The notes beneath the pieces are model-generated. The model searched no databases. It was not told the origin of the DNA and saw nothing but the letters and a program-made list of their open reading frames with translations. A stretch of DNA of 64,000 bases from Candidatus Pacearchaeota archaeon (lineage in GTDB: Archaea > Nanobdellota > Nanobdellia > Pacearchaeales > GW2011-AR1), in contig JAVZCO010000001.1 in assembly GCA_038874355.1 (NCBI GenBank), positions 159,295 to 223,294 of the forward strand. Direction: 5' to 3'. Below, piece by piece: positions 56,904 through 64,000 of the stretch (its first letter is position 1; every line of letters begins with the position of its first letter). A program made the translations under genes and the position numbers.

Positions 56904-56923
56904 AAGTTCGTTTTATTTTTTTT

Positions 56924-57739
56924 ATGAAAAAAGAGGAATTCATAGAAAAATTAGAAGTTGAATTAAAATTAACTAAAAAATCTGAACTAACAATAAGAAA
57001 CTACAAATATTTTAATTTAAAATTTTTAGAATATTGTAATAAAGATATAGAGCAATTAACAAAAGATGATGTAAAAAAATTTTTAGCTTATATTTCTGAA
57101 AAAAGCCCAAATTCCATACTTCTAGCAATATCAGCAATAAAATTTTCAACATTAAAAATTTTAGGTAAAGACTTAACAGAAAATATAGAAAGGCCTAAAA
57201 AAGAAAAATCTTTGCCAAAAGTATTAACAAAAGAAGAAATAAAAAAATTGATAGAAACTATAGAAACAAAAAAATCAAAATTAATAGTAAAATTCCTTTA
57301 TAGTACTGGCTTGCGAGTTTCAGAATTAGTTAATCTTAAAAAAGAAGATATAAACTTTCAAGAAAGAATAGGAATAGTTAAAAAAGGAAAGGGAAAAAAA
57401 GATAGAATCTTTATACTTTCAGAAAAACTTGCTAATGATTTACAAGAATACCTTAATAATAATCAAGAAAATCTTTATCTTTTTTCTAAAGAAAAACCAT
57501 TAACAACAAGAAACATACAGAAGATTATAAAAAAGACAGCAGAAAAAGCACAAATAAACAAAAAAGTAACTCCTCATGTACTAAGACATAGTTTTGCCAC
57601 TCATTTATTAGAATCAGGAACAGATATAAGATTTATTCAGACTTTATTAGGGCATGAAAATCTTAATACAACCCAAATTTATACTCATGTAAATACCCAA
57701 GAACTTAAAAAAATAAAAAATCCATTAGATGATTTATAA
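56924..57739 (+). CDS. tyrosine recombinase (XerA/integrase family)
   Basis: SAM-like N-domain. GLRVSELVNL (Arg I) and HVLRHSFATHLLESGTDIRFIQTLLGHENLNTTQIYTHV (H-x-x-R ... Y). Confidence 0.85.
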   Translation: MKKEEFIEKLEVELKLTKKSELTIRNYKYFNLKFLEYCNKDIEQLTKDDVKKFLAYISEKSPNSILLAISAIKFSTLKILGKDLTENIERPKKEKSLPKVLTKEEIKKLIETIETKKSKLIVKFLYSTGLRVSELVNLKKEDINFQERIGIVKKGKGKKDRIFILSEKLANDLQEYLNNNQENLYLFSKEKPLTTRNIQKIIKKTAEKAQINKKVTPHVLRHSFATHLLESGTDIRFIQTLLGHENLNTTQIYTHVNTQELKKIKNPLDDL

Positions 57740-57741
57740 AA

Positions 57742-58341
57742 ATGTATATATCAAATTCATTAAAAAAAGAGATTTTAGAAAGAGACAACTTTAGTTGCCA
57801 AAAATGTTTTTATAAAGGTGATGAAGAAAATCTAAAAATTCACATAATAAATAAAGAAAAAAAGCCATCTAAAGAAAATCTAATTACTTTATGTGAAATA
57901 TGTAATAATTATGCTCCAACAAAAGAAGAAGAATTTAAAGAATATATAAGAGAAAAGATAAATTCTGATATTTTAGAAACATTTAGGAAATATAGAAAAA
58001 ATAACCCAAATATTGAAGGAATGAATAAAAAATTTGAAGATGGAAATATAATAACAAGACCACCATTAGGATATAAAATAATTGATAAAAAACTTGTTGT
58101 TGATGAAGAAAAAAAATTGATTGTCCAGGAAATATTTCAAACCTTCTTAAATGAAAATATAAGCTTAAATAAATTAGCGAAAAAATATAATTTATCTGTT
58201 AATGGATTAAAAAAAATATTGAAAAATTTTGTTTATGTTGGAAAGATAAAATTTAAAGGAAATTTAATAGACGGAAAACATCCACTTTTAATTTCTCATG
58301 AAATTTTTAATAGAGTTCAAAAAAAATTAGAAGAAAAATAA
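57742..58341 (+). CDS. HNH-like zinc-finger plus serine-recombinase 'Recombinase' domain protein, with no resolvase catalytic domain
   Basis: N-terminus RDNFSCQKC...NLITLCEICNN. C-terminus PPLGYKIIDKKLVVDEEKKLIVQEIFQTFLNENISLNKLAKKYN...VGKIKFKG...HPLLISHEIFNRVQ. Confidence 0.55.
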   Translation: MYISNSLKKEILERDNFSCQKCFYKGDEENLKIHIINKEKKPSKENLITLCEICNNYAPTKEEEFKEYIREKINSDILETFRKYRKNNPNIEGMNKKFEDGNIITRPPLGYKIIDKKLVVDEEKKLIVQEIFQTFLNENISLNKLAKKYNLSVNGLKKILKNFVYVGKIKFKGNLIDGKHPLLISHEIFNRVQKKLEEK

Positions 58342-58368
58342 TAATATAAAATATTTTTCTTATTTCAT

Positions 58369-58382
58369 ATATTTTTATAAAC
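58369..58382 (+). promoter_or_regulatory. TATA-like box
   Basis: ATATTTTTATAAAC centred about 26 nt upstream of the ATG at 58402. Confidence 0.45.
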
Positions 58383-58401
58383 AACTATTATTTTTATTTT
58401 T

Positions 58402-58965
58402 ATGCTTATATCAAAAAGAAAACTATTTGTAGGAATAGACGAATCAAATCACGGAAAATATCCTGAAATTTTTGTTGCAGCTTATTCTAATAAAGAAGAA
58501 TATTCCATTTATTTACAAAATCCTATTAAAAAAGATAGAAAACATTTAGAATTAAATGAAAAACTTAGAAAAGTACGTTATAATTTTCTAATTTTACAAG
58601 AATATGATATAAATAGGATGAAGGAAGTAATAAAAAAAGATAAAAGAATAAATTTAAGTGTAAGAAGTATAGTTTTCTCTAGTTTATTAAAAGGAATTAC
58701 TCGTTATTATAAAGATTATTCTTTAGAAATCTTAATTGACGGAGATTTAAAGATAGAAGAATTAAAATCTACAAAGAGTTTAATTTCTAAAATAGAAAGA
58801 ATACCCGAAGAAAACATTTTTTTATATTCTGGAATTAAATTTGATGAACATATTTTAATAGTAAATTATGCAGATGAAATAGCGCATTTTCTTTTTAGAA
58901 AAAAAACTTTAGAAGATATTATTTCAGAAAAATATTGTTCAATTAGAAAAGAATTAATTCTTTAA
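58402..58965 (+). CDS. hypothetical protein with a GIDES N-terminal motif (DUF3800-like or a divergent RNase HII-like fold)
   Basis: LFVGIDESNHGKYPEIFVAAYS at the N-terminus and VNYADEIAHFLF near the C-terminus. The RNase HII GRGP motif is absent. Confidence 0.45.
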   Translation: MLISKRKLFVGIDESNHGKYPEIFVAAYSNKEEYSIYLQNPIKKDRKHLELNEKLRKVRYNFLILQEYDINRMKEVIKKDKRINLSVRSIVFSSLLKGITRYYKDYSLEILIDGDLKIEELKSTKSLISKIERIPEENIFLYSGIKFDEHILIVNYADEIAHFLFRKKTLEDIISEKYCSIRKELIL

Positions 58966-59430
58966 TTAAGGATCTCTGTCTTCCCAAGTTACTGGTTTTA
59001 CTACATTTATATTATAAAAATAATCTTCAAATGCAATTCTGTACCCAAAATATAAAGAAACTAATTTTCTTTCTTTAAGTTTTTCTATTACTTCGGAATA
59101 TTTTTTTATAAGGTCTTCTTTTTCTTTTATAAAAGAATTTAAAATCTTATATAATTTAATTTCAGCTTCGCGATAAGATTTTCCATAACCATTAGATTTA
59201 ACTTCTACAATTAATAATTTGTATAATCCTTCTTTTTCTGTTTTATTTGTTTTACAAAGAAAAGCTAAATCAGGAACATAATTTCCTATTTTTGGATATT
59301 TTTCAAAATAAACAAAATTATCAATTTTGTCTTTTATTAAATCTATATTAGAATAAATCTTTTCTACTAATCTGTCGTGAATATCTTTTTTTATTTTTTT
59401 ATAATAGACATGATGCTTTTTCCTATTCAT
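58966..59430 (-). CDS. PD-(D/E)xK nuclease-fold hypothetical protein
   Basis: VPDLAF...(about 20 aa)...LLIVEVKS gives a D...ExK pattern. Lies 9 nt downstream of rps9 on the same strand. Confidence 0.45.
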   Translation of the reverse strand: MNRKKHHVYYKKIKKDIHDRLVEKIYSNIDLIKDKIDNFVYFEKYPKIGNYVPDLAFLCKTNKTEKEGLYKLLIVEVKSNGYGKSYREAEIKLYKILNSFIKEKEDLIKKYSEVIEKLKERKLVSLYFGYRIAFEDYFYNINVVKPVTWEDRDP

Positions 59431-59439
59431 TTTTTAGAA

Positions 59440-59850
59440 TTATCTATATGACTTTTGTCTTTTCGCTCTCGCTTTGCTATCATTAGGTTTATAAGCTTCT
59501 TTTCTCCTAACATCCGCTACTAATAAATTTCTATCATAAGATAAGAACGCTTTTTTTAATTCATTATTTTTTGTTTTTTCTACTAAAGCTTTAGCAATTG
59601 CTAACCTAGCAGCCTCTATTCTAGAATTAGAACCGCCACCTTTAACTAAAACTTCAATATCATAATTTAATTTACCTAATTTTTCTTTTGCTATTTCTAA
59701 TGGTTCTTCTATCATTAACCTTTTTATTAAAGGTAATAATTCATAAGGTTGTTTATTTATTATTATCTTGCCTGTTCCATCTTTTATTGTTGCTCTTGCT
59801 ATACTTCTTTTTCTTTTCCCAGAAACAACTATAGATTGTTCTTTATTCAT
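59440..59850 (-). CDS. rps9: 30S ribosomal protein S9 (uS9)
   Basis: GKRKRSIARA, VKGGG, C-terminal ARAKRQKSYR. Confidence 0.9.
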   Translation of the reverse strand: MNKEQSIVVSGKRKRSIARATIKDGTGKIIINKQPYELLPLIKRLMIEEPLEIAKEKLGKLNYDIEVLVKGGGSNSRIEAARLAIAKALVEKTKNNELKKAFLSYDRNLLVADVRRKEAYKPNDSKARAKRQKSYR

Positions 59851-60259
59851 TTTTTCCTTTTAATAATTTAGTTAGTTGCAATAAAGTTATTCCTTTTTCT
59901 TTTTTATTTTCTAAAGAAATTTTTTCTTTATTTTCTAATCCCTTCGGAACACTTTCATAACATTTTATTTTTTTTAAAGCTTCCCTTCCTCTATACTGTT
60001 TGTAAGGCAACATTCCTCTTATTGTTCTTTTCATTATCTTTTCTACATTAGAAGGAAAAAATGGGCCTTTTTGAATATCACCTCCCTTTCTTCTTTTTTT
60101 TAAATATTCCTCTAATACAGATTCTTTCTTTCCTGTTATAATTGCTTTTTCTGTATTTACTATGATAACTTTATTTCCCAATAAAGCTTTTTTTGCAGCA
60201 AAACTTGCTATTCTTCCTAAAGGAGAGTTAGTTGCATCAATTATTATTTCTTCTTCCAT
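59843..60259 (-). CDS. rpl13: 50S ribosomal protein L13 (uL13)
   Basis: IIDATNSPLGRIAS, RTIRGMLPYK. Conserved L18e-L13-S9 order. Confidence 0.9.
   Translation of the reverse strand: MEEEIIIDATNSPLGRIASFAAKKALLGNKVIIVNTEKAIITGKKESVLEEYLKKRRKGGDIQKGPFFPSNVEKIMKRTIRGMLPYKQYRGREALKKIKCYESVPKGLENKEKISLENKKEKGITLLQLTKLLKGKNE
59897..59939. repeat. 43-nt stretch identical to 45463-45505 (inside the DP1 gene)
   Basis: See the partner repeat. Confidence 0.8.
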
Positions 60260-60261
60260 TT

Positions 60262-60624
60262 TTAAGTTATTATTTTACCTTTAATTTCTTTATTTTTTTT
60301 AATTTCATCTCCTATAAAAGATATTTCACATCCAGCTTTTTTCAATTTTGTAATTGCTTTTTCCGAAAAAGATAAAGCAATTATTTTTACTTTTTTAGTT
60401 ATATCTCCAGAAGATAAAACTTTCCCAGGAACTATAATAATATCTCCTTCTTTAGCTTTTTTTTCTATTTCACTAATATTAATTTCTATTTTTTTTCTTC
60501 TTGGTTTTGATAATAATTCTGCTATCTCTTTATTTTTTCCTTTTATTAATTCTTTTACACTATCAACTAAAAAAATATTTGTTTTTCTCTTTATTTGTTT
60601 TTTTATTTTTGTCTTACTTTTCAT
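60262..60624 (-). CDS. rpl18e: 50S ribosomal protein L18e
   Basis: 120 aa. ISEIEKKAKEGDIIIVPGKVLSSG...KVKIIALSFSEKA. Position between the tRNA and L13. Confidence 0.85.
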   Translation of the reverse strand: MKSKTKIKKQIKRKTNIFLVDSVKELIKGKNKEIAELLSKPRRKKIEINISEIEKKAKEGDIIIVPGKVLSSGDITKKVKIIALSFSEKAITKLKKAGCEISFIGDEIKKNKEIKGKIIT

Positions 60625-60629
60625 TTTTA

Positions 60630-60713
60630 TGCAGGGAAGAGGATTCGAACCTCTGAAGGCACTAAGCCACAGCGTCTTGAGCGCTGCCCGTTTGACCGCT
60701 TCGGTATCCCTGC
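60630..60713 (-). tRNA. tRNA-Leu(CAA), class II with a long variable arm
   Basis: Hand-folded. Acceptor GCAGGGA/TCCCTGC, anticodon stem CAGCG/CGCTG with loop CT-CAA-GA, variable arm GGC-TTAGT-GCC, T-arm AGAGG-TTCGAAT-CCTCT. Confidence 0.85.
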
Positions 60714-60754
60714 TTACATTTATTTATATAGGGATACAAAAGCAGTTTTAAATT

Positions 60755-61483
60755 TTACTTAATTTCTTTTAAATTATCTTTTAATATTTGAATAGATTTA
60801 ATCATAATTTCTTTTGCTTCTATTTGGCCGAATGATTCTATAGTAAATAAAATTTCTTTTTCATTTGGTTTAACGTAAACTATTTCTTCATTAAATTTTA
60901 CATATTCATCTAAAAAATCAAATGCTATTTTATCTTTATTTTTTATTTTCTCAAAAGTTTCTTTATCAACTTCAATTATTTTTTCTTTTTCAATTTTATC
61001 TTTACTAACTTTCTCTATTATTGGTGTATAAGAATAATAAACTAAACCAGGAGAAAATTTTGTATGCTGTATTCCCTTTCCAAATCTTGCTATTGCTAAA
61101 AAATTTAATTGTTGATCTTTTGCTAATTCTACAATAGGAATTTTATCATATACTACTTCTGCCTTTCCTTTTAAATCAGAAGAATAAACAATACATGGAC
61201 CTTTAGCGTTTAATTTTAATTCTATTTCACATAAACTACATCCTTTACCTTTACATTTACATTCTCCTTTTAATTCCATATCTTTAGGAGTCTTTAATGG
61301 TATTAAACCCAACCTTAGTGCTAATACTTCATCATATAAAACAGAATCATTATTATAAAATTCAACCTCATCTATTGCTAATATAGGAATTTCTAAAGAA
61401 GATCTTCTTATAGCATTTGCTAAACTATCTTCTATTTCTAATAAAAAAGATATTTTTTCTTTTTTATTTTCTAATACTTTCAT
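60755..61483 (-). CDS. rpoD: DNA-directed RNA polymerase subunit D (Rpo3)
   Basis: LANAIRRS, Cys cluster CKCKGKGCSLC. Position after S11. Confidence 0.85.
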   Translation of the reverse strand: MKVLENKKEKISFLLEIEDSLANAIRRSSLEIPILAIDEVEFYNNDSVLYDEVLALRLGLIPLKTPKDMELKGECKCKGKGCSLCEIELKLNAKGPCIVYSSDLKGKAEVVYDKIPIVELAKDQQLNFLAIARFGKGIQHTKFSPGLVYYSYTPIIEKVSKDKIEKEKIIEVDKETFEKIKNKDKIAFDFLDEYVKFNEEIVYVKPNEKEILFTIESFGQIEAKEIMIKSIQILKDNLKEIK

Positions 61484-61517
61484 TTTTTTCTTTATTTTTC
61501 TTTGTTTTTAAATTTAA

Positions 61518-61904
61518 TTAAACTCTTCTTCCCCTTCTTCCACCTTTTTTCTTAGGACCACCTCTTGGTACTTTAGTAATATCAATTACATTTAATATTT
61601 TAAATCCTTCTTTTCCGAAAGTTTTGACAGCAGAATATGCTCCTGGACCTGGACTTGTCATTCCTGTTTGTGCTTTTATTTTAATAAAAAGAGAATTTAT
61701 TCCTAAATCTTTAGCTATTTCTGCTACCCTTTTTGCTACAAACATTGCTATAGTAGGATTTGCTTTTAATCTATCCTGCTTTGTGACTTGCCCTCCAGAT
61801 ATTCTAGCTATAGTTTTACCTGTTAAGTCAGTTAAGTTAATTATTGTATTATTAAAAGATGTATAAATATATACCACACCAATTATTTCTTCTTTTTCTT
61901 TCAT
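61518..61904 (-). CDS. rps11: 30S ribosomal protein S11 (uS11)
   Basis: GVVYIYTSFNNTII, and C-terminal PRGGPKKKGGRRGRRV. Confidence 0.9.
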   Translation of the reverse strand: MKEKEEIIGVVYIYTSFNNTIINLTDLTGKTIARISGGQVTKQDRLKANPTIAMFVAKRVAEIAKDLGINSLFIKIKAQTGMTSPGPGAYSAVKTFGKEGFKILNVIDITKVPRGGPKKKGGRRGRRV

Positions 61905-62404
61905 TTTTCTTCTATAAAAATATTTTCATTTAGTTTTTTATTATTTTCTTCTGAAATTTTCTTTTTTAAAGTAATTTCAATTTTTTCTTCTTCTCCTTTT
62001 TTCACTATGTAACTAGGAGAATTTACTCTAACACCTCCTACTTTAACATGTTTATGAACTATAAGCTGTCTTGCTAATTTAGGAGTAATATTATATTTTT
62101 TACTTAAAATTGTTTGTAACCTTCTTTTTAACCAATCTTCTTTATTTAATGCTAAAACATCAGAAATACTCTTTACATTTAAACCTATCTTATTTAATTT
62201 TTCTATAAATTTTTTTTGTTCTTCGTATGATGCTGTTAATATTTTTTTTGCTTTTTCTCTTATTTTATTAATTTTATATTCTGCTTTCCATATTTCTCTT
62301 TTGTTTTTTAATCCATATTTTTCTTTTATTTTATTTTCTTCTTCAATTCTTAATTTATCAAAAGGTTTTTTTGGTCTTGAATATTTTTTCTTTTTTCTTA
62401 TCAT
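61901..62404 (-). CDS. rps4: 30S ribosomal protein S4 (uS4)
   Basis: KKYSRPKKPFD, and S4 domain RRLQTILSKK...ARQLIVHKHVKVGG. Confidence 0.9.
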   Translation of the reverse strand: MIRKKKKYSRPKKPFDKLRIEEENKIKEKYGLKNKREIWKAEYKINKIREKAKKILTASYEEQKKFIEKLNKIGLNVKSISDVLALNKEDWLKRRLQTILSKKYNITPKLARQLIVHKHVKVGGVRVNSPSYIVKKGEEEKIEITLKKKISEENNKKLNENIFIEEK

Positions 62405-62410
62405 TTTTTA

Positions 62411-62911
62411 TTATTTTTTTGATTTAGTTGGTTGTTGTTTTTTTCTTTGAACTCCAACTACCTTATTCTTTCTAAAATGAGATTTTGTTCTCTGTCCTCT
62501 TACAGGTTGACCTGTAGCATGTCTTAATCCTCTGTAAGATCTTATCTTCTTTAATCTTTTTATATCAAATTCTTTTCTTAAATCTAAATCAGAACCAATT
62601 AAATGAATATCTTCTTTACTTTCTCTCTCATTTCTTCTGTTAAATAAATGAGAAGGCAAATCTGGATTTTGAATAAAATTTGATATTTTATCTATCTCTT
62701 CTTTTGTTAATTCAGAAATTCTTTTATTTTTATCTATATCTAAAATATTACATACAGCATTAGAAAAACTCCATGAAACTCCCTTTATCTTTGTTAAAGC
62801 AGGATAAACTCTCATATTAGATGGTATATCAACAGATAGAATTCTAATTAAGTTTTCTTCTTTTTCTTCTTTATTTTGTTTTATTATCTTATCCATTTTT
62901 TTATTTAGCAA
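62411..62911 (-). CDS. rps13: 30S ribosomal protein S13 (uS13); the true start may be the internal ATG at 62896
   Basis: IRILSVDIP, YRGLRHATGQPVRGQRTKS. Confidence 0.9.
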   Translation of the reverse strand: MLNKKMDKIIKQNKEEKEENLIRILSVDIPSNMRVYPALTKIKGVSWSFSNAVCNILDIDKNKRISELTKEEIDKISNFIQNPDLPSHLFNRRNERESKEDIHLIGSDLDLRKEFDIKRLKKIRSYRGLRHATGQPVRGQRTKSHFRKNKVVGVQRKKQQPTKSKK

Positions 62912-63437
62912 ATAAATTATGCCTTTGTAATTCTGTTAATTCTTCAAATATCCTTTTTTCTACAGCTTTTTTTGGATCTGGTAAGCTAGGTATTCTTTTT
63001 TTTATATCTTCAAAACTTTCAAATGGTTTTTCTTCTCTTGCTCTTATTATATCTTCTTTATGTTTTTTTCCAAAACCCGGAAGTAACTCTAATTGATGAA
63101 TTCTCGTATTTATTGGTTGAGCTTTATTAAAAAATTCAACAAATTTTTTTTCTTTTTTTTCTACCATCTCCTTTATAAATTCTTCTAAATTTTTTTTTGC
63201 GGTTTCTGTTAATTTTTCTCTTAATAGTCTTCCTTTTATAAAATGAATTTTATCTCTTTTCCCTTCTCCTATATAAACTCTTTCTTTTAATTCTAATGTT
63301 ATTCCTCTTCTTGGTATTAATTCTAATAATATTAATTCATTTTCACATATAGCCTGAGCTACAGCCATTCCCCTTCTTTCTAAAGGATAACCATATGGTA
63401 AAAAATCTAATATAATTGCATATTCTTCTTTTATCAT
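62901..63437 (-). CDS. DUF655/COG1491-type HhH nucleic-acid-binding protein
   Basis: EEYAIILDFLPYGYP start. Conserved archaeal neighbourhood L21e-Rpo4-COG1491. Confidence 0.7.
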   Translation of the reverse strand: MIKEEYAIILDFLPYGYPLERRGMAVAQAICENELILLELIPRRGITLELKERVYIGEGKRDKIHFIKGRLLREKLTETAKKNLEEFIKEMVEKKEKKFVEFFNKAQPINTRIHQLELLPGFGKKHKEDIIRAREEKPFESFEDIKKRIPSLPDPKKAVEKRIFEELTELQRHNLFAK

Positions 63438-63442
63438 TTTCT

Positions 63443-63760
63443 TTATTTGTATTTCTTGACAATGTCAAGAATTTTATTTGTTTCCTCTTCATTTAAAACA
63501 ACATCTACTAATATTTTATTTAATTCTGAAACATTTTCAGGTAAGAAATCTATTATTTTTGAAATATGCTCTGATTTAATTTTTATTAAATCTAAACTTT
63601 CTAATTCTTTTCTTAAACTTATTGCATCTTCATTTTTTAATTTAATAAATTTTTTTATAAAACCCTTTAATTCCTTTCTTTTTTCCTCATCCATTTCTAT
63701 ATTTTCAATTAAATTCAAACTTTCTGCCATGCTTAAACTTTTCATTTCTTTTATTTTCAT
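63443..63760 (-). CDS. RNA polymerase subunit Rpo4 (RpoF)-like
   Basis: 105-aa helical protein between L21e and the DUF655 gene. The call rests mainly on conserved gene order. Confidence 0.6.
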   Translation of the reverse strand: MKIKEMKSLSMAESLNLIENIEMDEEKRKELKGFIKKFIKLKNEDAISLRKELESLDLIKIKSEHISKIIDFLPENVSELNKILVDVVLNEEETNKILDIVKKYK

Positions 63761-63761
63761 T

Positions 63762-64000
63762 TTAATATTTTAAATGAATCGGGTTGATTAATAATTTTTT
63801 TATTCTATTAAAATCCTTTATTTCTACAATATAAATCTTTCCTTTTTTTCCAATTATTTTTCCAGATTTTCCATTAAATCTTTTTGGGAAATTTATAGGA
63901 TGACTTATATCTATTTTTATTACTACTTTATCCCCCTCTTTATAATTATATAATATTTTAGATGTCTTTATCTTTCCACTTTCTCTAGTAGCTTTTTTTA
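63762..64000 (-). CDS. rpl21e: 50S ribosomal protein L21e, partial (5' end beyond the window)
   Basis: My own translation: ...YNYKEGDKVVIKIDISHPINFPKRFNGKSGKIIGKKGKIYIVEIKDFNRIKKLLINPIHLKY*, with the stop at 63762-63764. Confidence 0.75.
   Translation of the reverse strand, partial: KKATRESGKIKTSKILYNYKEGDKVVIKIDISHPINFPKRFNGKSGKIIGKKGKIYIVEIKDFNRIKKLLINPIHLKY

Noticed and set aside
56924-57739. Calling the tyrosine recombinase definitively either an element integrase or the chromosomal XerA.
   Set aside because: Size and motifs fit both. No dif consensus or att duplication could be verified by eye, so the call is left at family level.

Overview
Very AT-rich archaeal chromosome segment. The archaeal assignment rests on RadA, aEF-1beta, PolD DP1/DP2, Orc1/Cdc6, Hef, an intron-containing tRNA and the S13-S4-S11-Rpo3-tRNA-L18e-L13-S9 cluster. 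Small genes, low GC and many pilin-like genes suggest a DPANN-type lineage, but that is inference only. No rRNA, CRISPR array or IS transposase was seen. Main blocks: (1) 0.7-7.3 kb, DNA and translation housekeeping, with a 282-nt segmental duplication of the EF-1beta gene flanking radA. (2) 7.3-23.9 kb, a type IV pilus-like locus: A24 prepilin peptidase, at least 8 proteins with class III signal-peptide-like N-termini, and a platform protein plus secretion ATPase. It also carries two genes for a lysozyme-like domain; the larger one also has an NlpC/P60-like cysteine peptidase domain and is a membrane-anchored peptidoglycan hydrolase. This pilus-linked murein hydrolase module in an archaeon is my top candidate for a new system. 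(3) 24-27 kb, a coiled-coil gene pair, three tandem paralogous 4-TM proteins and a PRC-barrel protein. (4) 28-46 kb, repair and metabolism genes: Nth, a NUMOD3/PD-(D/E)xK endonuclease-like gene, Hef split into two ORFs, PyrBI and TyrRS. (5) A cdc6-DP1-DP2 operon next to a putative oriC with inverted ORB-like repeats. (6) An Lhr-MPE operon. (7) 53.5-59.4 kb, an accessory island: three wHTH genes, 43-bp tandem repeats, an 18-bp palindrome shared between a CDS and its upstream region, an (ACAG)6 tract in a CDS, a tyrosine recombinase, an HNH plus recombinase-domain protein and PD-(D/E)xK nucleases. It interrupts the conserved ribosomal cluster after S9. Two fragments of the L13 gene recur elsewhere with long exact matches. 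Most first genes carry an AAAGATTTATAA-like BRE/TATA centred about 26 nt upstream of the ATG, which suggests leaderless mRNAs. All family calls are by-eye motif recognition, not database searches.
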